Below are positions 10,853 to 20,717 of a stretch of 64,000 nucleotides of DNA, piece after piece. The first letter of the stretch is position 1. Every line of letters begins with the position of its first letter. The notes beneath the pieces were generated by a model. The model had not been told where the DNA came from and searched no databases. It was given only the letters and a program-made list of their open reading frames with translations. The stretch is from assembly GCA_963555825.3 (NCBI GenBank), contig CAUVXB020000001.1, forward strand, positions 2,144,001-2,208,000, written 5' to 3'. Source of the DNA: Alphaproteobacteria bacterium. GTDB lineage: Bacteria > Pseudomonadota > Alphaproteobacteria > JAAXGF01. The position numbers were made by a program, and so were the translations under genes.

Positions 10853-10881
10853 CCCCGTGCTCCCCAAATGGGGACACGGGG
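10853..10881. terminator. GC-rich hairpin between convergent genes
   Basis: CCCCGTG(C)TCCCC-AAAT-GGGGACACGGGG; no U-tract. Confidence 0.4.
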
Positions 10882-11117
10882 CCTGATCCTCCTCAAATAC
10901 CGAGATTATCCAATCTCGATAATCCAAGAAGGTATACTGGAATCGCCAAAACGAAAACGGAGCGACCCCGATCCCGGACAATTGCCGCCCCCGGACTAGG
11001 TTTTGGGGGACAGGTCACCGTCCAAGAACGCTCCGGGGAGCGTGCTCATCGTCGCCGCGGATCAACGTAACCTGAAGTTTATTCGGGTAACGGCAAGGTG
11101 ATCAGGACGTTGATGCC

Positions 11118-12567
11118 GGAGATGTCCCGGTCGATGTTGAAAAGTTGAGGTAGGTGTCGCTCTCCTGGAGCCGTTAGGCTCCGGGTGCTGCAAACCCAAG
11201 AGGGAGAACGACACCATGGGAAAGAATATCCGTAGTTCCAGTAGCCCGAAAGCCCTTGCCACCTCGTTTCCTATGCCGCCGCTGGCAGACGCGATGGACG
11301 CAGTCCGTCTCAGCGTGGATCGGTTCTGTCTCCTGGCCGGGGTCGAGGCCTTGGCCGAGATGATGGAGGAGGACGCCACGACCGTGTGCGGGGCCCGACA
11401 TCGTCGCCATGGGAACCGTCGGGGTTATCGCTGGGGCCATACGCAGAGCGAGATCGGCTACCACGGCGGCCGCGTGAAAGTGCAGCGGCCACGGGTTCGC
11501 GACCATGCTGGCAAGGAGGTGGGTTTGGAGAGCTGGCAGGTGCTGCGCGACGGCAACCTGTTGCTCGAGTGGGCGCTCAACCTGATGGTCCTGAACGTGT
11601 CGACCCGCAAGTACCACCGCGCGGTCCGTCTGCCCGAGGGCGACCTGGCGAAAGCGCGTGGCGACGGCACCTCGAAGTCGGCCGTTTCCCGGCGCTTTGT
11701 GGCGCTGTCGCGCAAGAAGATGAAGGCCTGGCTCGCCTCGGACCTCTCGGAGCTCGACCTGCTGGTCATCCAGATCGACGGTCTGCATGTCGGCGACCAT
11801 GTCTTGGTGGCGGCGATCGGCGTCGATGGCAACGGCGACAAGCATGTCCTGGCCGTGGTCGAGGGGGCGACGGAGAACACTGTCGTCGTCCAGGCCTTGC
11901 TCGACAATCTCCTCGCCAGGGGGCTCGATCCGACGCTGCCCCGGCTGTTCATCGTCGATGGCGCGAAGGCGCTCAGCAAAGCGATCCGCAACACCTTCGG
12001 TGTGGCCGCCGCCATCCAGCGCTGCCAGGTCCACAAGGGCCGTAACATCATCGAGCGCCTGCCCCTGCATTTGCATGCAAGCGTCAAGAAGGCGCTCCGT
12101 CAGGCCTGGGACCAGGACGACGCAGACAAGGCCGAACGGCTGCTGCGCAACCTGGCCCGGCGTCTGGAGCATGAGGAACCGGGCGTCTCGGGCAGCATCC
12201 TGGAGGGGCTGGACGAGATCCTCACCGTCATCCGCCTCGGCCTGCCGCACGAACTCCGGCGCTCGCTCGCCTGCACCAACATCGTCGAGAACGCGCTCGG
12301 CACGGTGCGCCAGGTCACCCGCAACGTCAAACGCTGGAGACACGCCGAGATGGCGCTCAGATGGACCGCCGCCGGCCTGCTGGAGGCCCAGAAAACCTTC
12401 CGTCGCCTCAAGGCCTATCGTCAGCTGCCCATCCTCCGAAATGCTCTCCAGGAACACTTGAGAAAGGCTCAGGCCGACAGTGCCATTGAAACCATCATGA
12501 AGGCAGCATAGCATCATCAACCAGCGACGCCTGCCCCACGAATTTCAACAGAGATAGGGACATCGCC
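11118..12567 (+). mobile_element. IS256-family element, copy 2 (intact)
   Basis: Ends GGAGATGTCCC/GGGACATCGCC, 8-bp TSD TTGATGCC at 11110-11117 and 12568-12575. Confidence 0.93.
11216..12511 (+). CDS. IS256-family transposase
   Basis: 431 aa, mutator-type DDE motifs. Confidence 0.92.
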   Translation: MGKNIRSSSSPKALATSFPMPPLADAMDAVRLSVDRFCLLAGVEALAEMMEEDATTVCGARHRRHGNRRGYRWGHTQSEIGYHGGRVKVQRPRVRDHAGKEVGLESWQVLRDGNLLLEWALNLMVLNVSTRKYHRAVRLPEGDLAKARGDGTSKSAVSRRFVALSRKKMKAWLASDLSELDLLVIQIDGLHVGDHVLVAAIGVDGNGDKHVLAVVEGATENTVVVQALLDNLLARGLDPTLPRLFIVDGAKALSKAIRNTFGVAAAIQRCQVHKGRNIIERLPLHLHASVKKALRQAWDQDDADKAERLLRNLARRLEHEEPGVSGSILEGLDEILTVIRLGLPHELRRSLACTNIVENALGTVRQVTRNVKRWRHAEMALRWTAAGLLEAQKTFRRLKAYRQLPILRNALQEHLRKAQADSAIETIMKAA

Positions 12568-13012
12568 TTGATGCCCGAGTGACCGGAGAAACACTCAATA
12601 CGCAGTCTATACTTAATTACGTTTAATTTGGGGTCGAACGTCAACTCTCGGGGATCGTCGAGCAGTCGGAGCCGATGATTGCTGTCGGCGAGAGAACTGT
12701 TGGTCCTGCCGATAAAGCGTTGTAGTACCCGATCAATCTCGCTTGCGATCTGCTTGGCGTTTGGCTCGAGGCCTGCCCGAATTGCGATTTCCACGTTCCG
12801 AGTGATCGCTTTGATTACCTGCTTGACAAAACTCTTTAACAAACAGTCACAGAGTGGATCCATGTGTTTCGGGTTTGGAGTTATCTCTACCTGCGATCGA
12901 TGACGAGCGCCTTTTACCCGGATTGGGCAGACCCCCAGGCTGAGGAGTACTGCCCCCAGCGCTAGCAGTTTGAGTCCTTGTCTTCGGGCGAATCTCCGAG
13001 GAAGTGAATGGG

Positions 13013-13420
13013 TCATGGTGCAGCGGTCCTCGGCAGCTTTTGCACCACCACGTATTTGGCGAATAGATAGGCGAGACGATCGAAGCCGATAACCAAATAA
13101 TTCTTTCTGAAGAAGACGGCATGTGTCTTACGTGTGCCCGCGTCCAGGTTGCGAATGATGTCGCTCAGTGCCACGATCAGTTCATCGTCGCTCGTCTCGT
13201 AGACAATGACTTCCTGACCACCGATGACCTTGATGTGGAAAGTGGTCCCGGTCAATTTAAATAAGTCGAGGTTCTCCTCCTTTGGCAATTGGTATGTGTC
13301 ACGTTCACTCTCAGCCCATTGGCTGTAGTAAGGAAGCATAGATTGGAAACGTTTCTCTAGATCGGGGATCGCGAAGATCCGTGCAAGCTCGCTGCCCTCC
13401 TGGGGGCTGAACTCGGCCAT
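13013..13420 (-). CDS. Hypothetical protein (135 aa)
   Basis: ATG 13420 overlaps the upstream stop (TGATG); its own stop overlaps the next ATG (ATGA). Confidence 0.7.
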   Translation of the reverse strand: MAEFSPQEGSELARIFAIPDLEKRFQSMLPYYSQWAESERDTYQLPKEENLDLFKLTGTTFHIKVIGGQEVIVYETSDDELIVALSDIIRNLDAGTRKTHAVFFRKNYLVIGFDRLAYLFAKYVVVQKLPRTAAP

Positions 13421-13596
13421 CAGCGAATCCACTCGATGAAGATGACGAGGAAAGGCGTGAGGGTCGCAAGCAAAATCAGGATCGTCAGTAGATGGTGCTC
13501 GACAGCGATGCGCTTCTCGCGCAGCTTGGTGTGTGCCATCAGTGCGGTGCACCCCGAGATCAGCAACGACATTCCGAAAATGATCGAGAGAACTTA

Positions 13597-14771
13597 TACC
13601 AGTGAGCGCCTGAATTGACTCTCGGGATATTCATTGATGGCGGATGATGGCGGATTGTGATTCTATGGTCTCCCACCAGATGTGGGGGATGTCATGGGAT
13701 CAGCACTCAAGATACGGGATGATTTGACGCCTTTGGAGCTTCGGCGCTGGGCTCGCGTGGAATCGTACGGTCGAGCGGCGGCGCGGGCCTATGGGATCGC
13801 GAATGCTTTGGAGGAGATGCCCCGGGCTGATGCCGCGCGGCTTGCGGGGATGGATCGCCAAACGCTTCGCGACGCGGTTGTTCGTTACAATGCAAAGGGA
13901 TTGGAGGGGCTTCACGACCGTCCAAAGGGCTACTCGCCGCGGCGGCTGACGGCAGACGAGGAAGCGGCGCTGGCGGCGGTCATCATCGCCGGGCCGGAGC
14001 CTGAGCGCGACGGGGTTTGCGCCTGGACCCGGGCCGATCTGTGCCGCTGGCTGGAGGAGCGCTTCGCCAAGACCTACCACCCCTCGAGCATGACCCGGGT
14101 TCTACGGCGGATGGGATTTTCCCGCCAGAAGGCGCGCCCGAGCCACCCGCGAAGGGACGCCGAAGCGCAGGAGCGCTTCAAAAAAGGGGGCTTCGCGACA
14201 TCCTGAAGGCGACCGCCGCGGCGCATCCCGACAAGCGCCTACAGCTGTGGTTTCAGGATGAAGCGCGCGTCGGCAACAAGGGCCGGGTGTGTCACCGGTG
14301 GTGGCGCAGGGGCGAGCGTGCCCCCGGGACGCGTCAAATCGGCTACCAGTGGGCCTACATCTTCTCCGCCGTGCGCCCGGACACCGGCGACGACGTCACC
14401 CTGGTGATGCCGAGCGTCAACGCCAAGGTCATGGACCTGTTTCTCGCACACTTCGCCGATACCCTGGACCAGGATGCGCACGCCGTCATGATGTGCGACG
14501 GCGCCGGTTGGCACGACGAGCGCGCCCTCACCGTCCCCGACAACGTCACCTTGGCGCTGTTGCCGCCTTACAGTCCCGAACTCAACCCCGTCGAGCGGGT
14601 TTGGCTCTACCTACGCGAACGCTTCCTATCGCTCCGCGTCCTCGACGACACCGAGGCCATCATCGACGCCTGTTGCCAAGCATGGATCGACCTCATCGCA
14701 GAACCGGATCGTATGCGAACCCTCTGCGCCTATCCATGGATCATGAAGGTGATTTCATAGGCTCACTGGTA
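13597..14771 (+). mobile_element. IS630-family element, copy 2 (apparently intact)
   Basis: Same IRs, TTA on both sides; ORFs 13682-14206 and the frame ending 14760 linked by an AAAAAAG -1 frameshift site. Confidence 0.93.
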
Positions 14772-14774
14772 TTA

Positions 14775-15907
14775 TACCAGTGAGCGCCCTCTCGGGATAT
14801 TCATTGATGGCGGATGATGGCGGATTGTGATTCTATGGTCTCCCACCAGATGTGGGGGATGTCATGGGATCGCACTCGATACGGGATGATTTGACGCCTT
14901 TGGAGCTTCGGCGCTGGGCTCGCGTGGAATCGTACGGTCGAGCGGCGGCGCGGGCCTATGGGATCGCGAATGCTTTGGAGGAGATGCCCCGGGCTGATGC
15001 CGCGCGGCTTGATGGATCGCCAAACGCTTCGCGACGCGGTTGTTCGTTACAATGCAAAGGGATTGGAGGGGCTTCACGACCGTCCAAAGGGCTACTCGCC
15101 GCGGCGGCTGACGGCAGACGAGGAAGCGGCGCTGGCGGCGGTCATCATCGCCGGGCCGGAGCCTGAGCGCGACGGGGTTTGCGCCTGGACCCGGGCCGAT
15201 CTGTGCCGCTGGCTGGAGGAGCGCTTCGCCAAGACCTACCACCCCTCGAGCATGACCCGGGTTCTACGGCGGATGGGATTTTCCCGCCAGAAGGCGCGCC
15301 CGAGCCACCCGCGAAGGGACGCCGAAGCGCAGGATCGGGCTTCGCGACATCCTGAAGGCGACCGCCGCGGCGCATCCCGACAAGCGCCTACAGCGTTTCA
15401 GGATGAAGCGCGCGTCGGCAACAAGGGCCGGGTGTGTCACCGGTGGTGGCGCAGGGGCGAGGTGCCCCCGGGACGCGTCAAATCGGCTACCAGTGGGCCT
15501 ACATCTTCTCCGCCGTGCGCCCGGACACCGGCGACGACGTCACCCTGGTGATGCCGAGCGTCAACGCCAAGGTCATGGACCTGTTTCTCGCACACTTCGC
15601 CGATACCCACCAGGATGCGCACGCCGTCATGATGTGCGACGGCGCCGGTTGGCACGACGAGCGCGCCCTCACCGTCCCCGACAACGTCACCTTGGCGTGC
15701 CGCCTTACAGTCCCGAACTCAACCCCGTCGAGCGGGTTTGGCTCTACCTACGCGAACGCTTCCTATCGCTCCGCGTCCTCGACGACACCGAGGCCATCAT
15801 CGAGCCTGTTGCCAAGCATGGATCGACCTCATCGCAGAACCGGATCGTATGCGAACCCTCTGCGCCTATCCATGGATCATGAAGGTGATTTCATAGGCTC
15901 ACTGGTA
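14775..15907 (+). mobile_element. IS630-family element, copy 3, tandem, with many small deletions
   Basis: Same IRs, 3 bp after copy 2; multiple frameshifts. Confidence 0.85.
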
Positions 15908-16249
15908 TAAGGCCTTGCGTTGGGCGAGATCCGCGCCGCGGAACGACTCCCACTGCAAAATTGCGTAGGTGAAGAGCCCGAGGAAGAAGGGCAGAAGCCC
16001 AAGGGTGGCTGCGAAGATTCGTTCCATTGGGTGCGACGGCCCGTACATCAGGACGGATTCTACAAATTTACGCTCTTCGCAAGGCAAATGTCTAGGGTCG
16101 TACACCAAGCCACGAGCGTCTGCTTGTCCCTCGACACCAGACGAAACTGCTTACGCCGCGCGGCTACGCTCGTTCAAGAACGCCACGATGACGAGCGCCT
16201 TACCCTGGTGAAAAGGGCAAATTTGATGGGTAGAGTGTATCGCGCGTGA

Positions 16250-16273
16250 GTCGCACAATTTTCCTTTTGCGAC
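16250..16273. other. 24-bp dyad site GTCGCACAA-TTTTCC-TTTTGCGAC, copy 3 of 3
   Basis: Left arm identical and right arm one mismatch relative to the other copies. Confidence 0.72.
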
Positions 16274-16522
16274 CTTCTGAGAAACGTGCACCACGAAATG
16301 CAGCCCGCCGAGCTTATGACGGCTCAAACGTTCAACACACCTAAAAGTCAGCGAGCATCGTCATCCCCAGAATGCCCGGGGGGAGGTAGCCGGCTGGGGC
16401 AAGATCGGCTGGCCGGAGGGCCAGTTCGAATTATGGGGCACCCGAGCCAAAGGAAAAGACCCCGGCTCGACGGGGTCTCTCCCCTACTGCAACACCTTGT
16501 CCTCCAACTTTCTGATGCCCCC

Positions 16523-16966
16523 CTACTCCCCCAACACCCCCGCGAAGTGCTTGGCGACGCAGGCGGCGTAGTCGGCGAGGCAGAGCGTCTTCCTGACCGA
16601 CGACGACAGGCTCGGCGCGCCGCCGACGGTGGGCAGCGACGAGCGCGGCTCGGCGCGGCCCTCGGTCTCGCTCTTCAGCGCTTCCAGGCATGCCGCGAGG
16701 GTGTCGGCGCAATCGAACGGCACGGACTTGGGGATGTCCTCGGCGATCTGCGCCTCGAGCGCCCTGACCGTGTATTCGAGCACCGCATACGAGCTCGGCG
16801 GCACCGCCCGGGTCGCGACCCAGGGCCGGATGCGGTTGGTGACGACGTACTGCACCTCGATCGTCGCGTTGGCGACGCCGTGGTAGCCCTTGGCGGTCGC
16901 GGTCGAGGTCGCATCGGCGAGCGTGCCGATCGCGTCGGCGAAGATGTCTTTGTCGGTGTCCGGCAT
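16523..16966 (-). CDS. Hypothetical protein
   Basis: 147-aa ORF, GGGAG upstream, host-like GC-rich codons. Confidence 0.6.
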   Translation of the reverse strand: MPDTDKDIFADAIGTLADATSTATAKGYHGVANATIEVQYVVTNRIRPWVATRAVPPSSYAVLEYTVRALEAQIAEDIPKSVPFDCADTLAACLEALKSETEGRAEPRSSLPTVGGAPSLSSSVRKTLCLADYAACVAKHFAGVLGE

Positions 16967-17005
16967 GGCTATTGTCTCGCTCCCGCGTGTCGCTGGTCAT
17001 TTTGT

Positions 17006-17094
17006 GCGGTTATCTTTACTGCGTAAAGACAACCTGCGCTCAATCGCCGCGCATGCTTCCGCCGAACGGTCGGCGGCCCGCGGTCGCGGGCTGG
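17006..17094 (+). repeat. Structured intergenic repeat, copy 2 of 4
   Basis: Matches 1519-1599 with a longer first hairpin. Confidence 0.9.
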
Positions 17095-17139
17095 ACGATT
17101 CTGATCGATGTCAATCGATCGACTACTGCACCAGCTCAC

Positions 17140-18276
17140 CTAGTCTAGCACGCGGTCGAGGATCCAGTTGCCCAGGGTGTGGACAAGCGGTTCCATGATC
17201 GAGAGCCGGCCGGGGCGCGCGAAGGGCGAGGCGAGGCCTTGCTGCTGGCGGTCGGAGATCTCGTTGTCCTCGGCGATCGAGATGTCCCAGCGGCGGTAGT
17301 AGCGCGCGACCACTTCGTCGAAGTCGTCGCGCGCGACGACCGAGTTGGGAAACGACGAGCCGACCGTCAGCTTGGACCTGGTCGGGCCCTCGGGGTGCAG
17401 CTCGAGCCACCACATGCAGTCGTAGGTGCAGCCGAACATGGTCGAGGGATAGATCAGCACGTAGAAGCTGCCCTCGCCCGTATCGCCGACCAGCGTCGGG
17501 ATGTGCGGAAAGCCGGTCTCGCCGGGCAGGATCGCGCGGCTGCCCTCGTGCCGCGTGAACAGGCCGCAATAGCCGCCGCCGGTGGCGATCGGCGGGTTGT
17601 GGTCGCGCTTCTGCTTCTGGATCGAACTCATGTGCACGGTCGGCACGTGGTACGACTCCATCGCGTTCTCGACATAGATCTTCCAGTTGCACGCGAGGTC
17701 GTATTCGGCGCGCCGCGTGCAGGTCATGTCTTCGAAATGGTACGGCGCGAGCTTCTCGGGCAGATCGCCCAGGAACGTCATGAGCGGCACCGCGCCCGAG
17801 TCGAAGTTGATGAACATGAAGCCGGCCCAGGTCTCCAGCCGGATCGGCAGAAGCGCGAAATCGGCCTTGTCGAAACCGATCGTCGCGTCCATCTCGGGCG
17901 CGCCCTTGAGCGTGCCGTCGAGCGCGTAGGTCCAGCTATGGTAGGGACAGCGCAGCGCCGCGCAGTTGCCCTCGCCGGCCATCACCTTGGCGCCCCGGTG
18001 GCGGCAGGTGTTGGCGAGCGCGCGCACCACGCCGTCCTTGCCGCGCACGACGATCACCGGCACGCCGGCGAAGTCGAGCGCGAAGTAGTCGCCCGCCTTC
18101 GGGATGCGGTCGTCGCGGCCGATGAAGTTCCATTCCTTGAGGAAGATGCGCTCGACCTCGCGGGCGTAGAAGGCCTGCGAGGTGTAGCAGAACGGCGGCA
18201 GCGTCTCGGCCTCCAGATGCGGCCGGCGCACCGCGGCGTAGGCCGCCGGGTCGAACACGTCGGCTGGCGCGGTCAT
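17140..18276 (-). CDS. Rieske aromatic ring-hydroxylating oxygenase alpha subunit (choline/betaine-type)
   Basis: CRH..CPYH Rieske motif; NWKIYVENAMESYHVPTVH iron site. Confidence 0.9.
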   Translation of the reverse strand: MTAPADVFDPAAYAAVRRPHLEAETLPPFCYTSQAFYAREVERIFLKEWNFIGRDDRIPKAGDYFALDFAGVPVIVVRGKDGVVRALANTCRHRGAKVMAGEGNCAALRCPYHSWTYALDGTLKGAPEMDATIGFDKADFALLPIRLETWAGFMFINFDSGAVPLMTFLGDLPEKLAPYHFEDMTCTRRAEYDLACNWKIYVENAMESYHVPTVHMSSIQKQKRDHNPPIATGGGYCGLFTRHEGSRAILPGETGFPHIPTLVGDTGEGSFYVLIYPSTMFGCTYDCMWWLELHPEGPTRSKLTVGSSFPNSVVARDDFDEVVARYYRRWDISIAEDNEISDRQQQGLASPFARPGRLSIMEPLVHTLGNWILDRVLD

Positions 18277-18836
18277 GTCGCGCGCGGCCGCCGGGCGAGC
18301 AGCCCGTCGGAGGGCCGCGCCGCCTTGGCGAGGTCGCTCCAGCCGTAGGCCATCTCGCGCAGAACGCGGCCCCACTGGCGCTCGCGGCGCACCGCCACCA
18401 GCGCCCCGCCCATGGCGTGATAGAAGAACCGCGACGGGTTGTCGGCGAGCACCCAGATCAGCGCCGACCGCCTGCCGACCCCAGTGAGCGTTGCGAAGAG
18501 ATTGGACAGCAGCGCCCGGCCGATGCCCCGCCCCCGATAGTCGGGCAGCACATAGAGCGTGAAGACTTCGCCGTCATACGGCAGCGCGCCGGCCCGCATC
18601 GGGCCGCAGCTGCCGAAGCCGACGACGCCGGCGCCGCGGCAATCGGCGACCGCGACCTGCTGCCCCGCCCTGGCCCCCGCTATCGCGTCGCGCCAGCCGG
18701 CGGTGAGCCGGCGCTCGGACATGCCGAGCAGCATCCGGTCGGGCAGCACGCCGGCGTAGGTCTCGCGCCAGGTCTCGACCTCGACGCGCGCGATCCCCGC
18801 GGCGTCGCCGGCGCAGGCTCTGCGTAATGACACCAT
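18273..18836 (-). CDS. GNAT N-acetyltransferase
   Basis: LYVLPDYRGRGIGRAL and FYHAMGG motifs. Confidence 0.88.
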   Translation of the reverse strand: MVSLRRACAGDAAGIARVEVETWRETYAGVLPDRMLLGMSERRLTAGWRDAIAGARAGQQVAVADCRGAGVVGFGSCGPMRAGALPYDGEVFTLYVLPDYRGRGIGRALLSNLFATLTGVGRRSALIWVLADNPSRFFYHAMGGALVAVRRERQWGRVLREMAYGWSDLAKAARPSDGLLARRPRAT

Positions 18837-18956
18837 CGGTGATTTTGCTACCACGACTTCGGGCGGCGAGTCGACTCCGCCGGCGCCTCGTTTGCGCGGG
18901 GCGCCGCACGCGACGGGACCGACGGGTGGTGTCGCGGGTGTCAGCGGTCCCGGCGC

Positions 18957-20717
18957 TCACCCCTCCAGCCCCGCCTTGCGCAGGCCATCGATGAAATGCG
19001 CGCGGCCGGCCTTGTCCGTGAACGGTATCGCCTGGTCGACGAAGGCGTCGGACACATCGGGCTTGATCGCGCGCACGCGGTCGAGCGCGGCGCGCGCCTC
19101 GTCGGGGCGGCCGAGCAGCCCGAGCGCGCTGACCTCGGGCATATGCGCCCAGATCGCCGCGTTCGGTTGCCGGAGCGCCTTGCGGGCCCAGTCGAGCGCC
19201 TCGTCATGGCGCTCGAGCACGATGAGCGCGATGGCCTTGCTCGCCATGAACGCCCACATCAGCGGATCGCGCGGGCTCAACCGCATCGCCTCGTCGTGCG
19301 ACACGATGGCCTCCGCCGGACGTCCGGCCATCCACAGGCTGTGGGCGCGCCCGAAATGAGCGCTGGCGTAGTTGGGATTGAGGGCTATGGCGTTGTCGCA
19401 GGCCGCGATCGCCGCGTCGTGCTCGGCGCGGATCGTATGCACGCGGCCAAGCGCGACATGTGCGAACGGTTCGTTCGCATCGATCGTCACGGCGGTCTCG
19501 CCGGCGGCGAGCGCACGGGCGAGGTCGTTGTCGGGTCGATCCGTAAAACCCAGAACGATGCCGTAATAAAGCGCGAAGGCCAGAGCCGCGTGGGCCGACG
19601 CGAAGGTCGGGTCGAGGCCGACGGCGCGCTGGAGAAATTCCAACGCCGCCGCGAAGTCGTCGGCCCTGTATTGATACAAGTGCCAAAGACCCCGCTGATA
19701 GCAGTCCCAGGCGTCGAGGCTTTCGGTCGGCTTGCGGCGCGCGCGCTGACGCTCGACGCTGCCCAAGGTCGGCTCGATGGCCGTGACGATCGCCAGCGTC
19801 ACCTCGTCCTGGACCGCGAAGATGTCCTCCAGCTCGCGGTCGTAGCGTTCCGCCCAGAGATGCGTATCGGCGACGGCGTCGATCAGCTGGGCGGTGATGC
19901 GCACGCGGTTGCCGGCGCGCCGCACGCTGCCCTCGACGATGTAACGGACGCCCAGCTTGCGGCCGATGTCCTTGACCTCAAGCGTCTGCCCCTTGAACGA
20001 GAACGACGAGTTGCGCGCGATGACGAACAGCGAGTGGAACTTCGAAAGTTCGGTGATGATGTCTTCCGAAATGCCGTCGGCGAAGAACTCCTGATCGGCG
20101 TCGCCCGACATGTCGGTGAACGGCAGCACCGCGATCGAGGGTTTGTCGGGCAGCGCCAGCGCCTCGCCGGACCGCGCGACGGCCGCGCCGCCGGGTTCCT
20201 GGAGGTTGACGCCGTAGACCCGCACCGGCTTGGCGATGTTCTTGACGCACCGGGCGCCGAGATCGTCGAAAGCGATGTCGACCTTGCCGTCGACATACTC
20301 GAAGACCGTGCCCGAGATGCACACGCCGCCAGGCTCGGCAATCTCCTGGATGCGCGCGGCGACGTTGACACCGTCGCCGTAGATGTCATCGCCGTCGATG
20401 ATGATGTCGCCGAGATTGACGCCAATGCGAAACGCGATGCGCGTGCTCTCGGGTGCCTCGGCATTGCGCTCGGCCATGCCGCGCTGCACGGCGACGGCGC
20501 ACTCGACGGCGTCGACGACGCTCGGGAACTCGACCAGCGCGCCGTCGCCCATCAGCTTGACGAGCCGCCCGCCACGCACGGCGATCGCCGGGTCGACGCA
20601 CTCGGCGCGATGCGCCTTGAGGCGCGCAAGCGTCCCCGCCTCGTCGGCGCCCATCAGGCGCGAGTAGCCGACCACGTCCGCCGACAGAATGGCCGCGAGC
20701 CGGCGCTGGACGCTCAT
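18957..20717 (-). CDS. Class III adenylate cyclase with TolB-like and TPR domains
   Basis: ADVVGYS, KLMGDG, DIYGDGVNVAAR, PSIAVLPF, TPR repeats. Confidence 0.92.
   Translation of the reverse strand: MSVQRRLAAILSADVVGYSRLMGADEAGTLARLKAHRAECVDPAIAVRGGRLVKLMGDGALVEFPSVVDAVECAVAVQRGMAERNAEAPESTRIAFRIGVNLGDIIIDGDDIYGDGVNVAARIQEIAEPGGVCISGTVFEYVDGKVDIAFDDLGARCVKNIAKPVRVYGVNLQEPGGAAVARSGEALALPDKPSIAVLPFTDMSGDADQEFFADGISEDIITELSKFHSLFVIARNSSFSFKGQTLEVKDIGRKLGVRYIVEGSVRRAGNRVRITAQLIDAVADTHLWAERYDRELEDIFAVQDEVTLAIVTAIEPTLGSVERQRARRKPTESLDAWDCYQRGLWHLYQYRADDFAAALEFLQRAVGLDPTFASAHAALAFALYYGIVLGFTDRPDNDLARALAAGETAVTIDANEPFAHVALGRVHTIRAEHDAAIAACDNAIALNPNYASAHFGRAHSLWMAGRPAEAIVSHDEAMRLSPRDPLMWAFMASKAIALIVLERHDEALDWARKALRQPNAAIWAHMPEVSALGLLGRPDEARAALDRVRAIKPDVSDAFVDQAIPFTDKAGRAHFIDGLRKAGLEG

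Larger units (their letters stand above)
11079..13016 (-). pseudogene. Hypothetical 159-aa protein with twin-arginine-like leader, interrupted near the C-terminus by IS256
   Basis: ARRQGLKLLALGAVLLSLG leader; removing the IS gives ...GHSGINVLITLPLPE*. Confidence 0.65.
13420..16108 (-). pseudogene. Small multi-pass membrane protein interrupted by tandem IS630
   Basis: Hydrophobic frame ...AQRKAL right of the ISs continues VLSIIFGMSLLISG...FLVIFIEWIR* on the left; flanking triplets differ by one base (TTA vs TAA); start uncertain. Confidence 0.6.

Noticed and set aside
7683-12567. Composite transposon formed by the two inverted IS256 copies
   Set aside because: Each copy has its own distinct 8-bp TSD, so they are independent insertions.
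14775-15907. IS630 copy 3 as an anciently decayed element
   Set aside because: Differences from copy 2 are nearly all small deletions with few substitutions, which fits sequencing error better than age.
16380-16510. Possible structured RNA at the right island edge
   Set aside because: Only an imperfect hairpin, with no second copy and no recognisable family.
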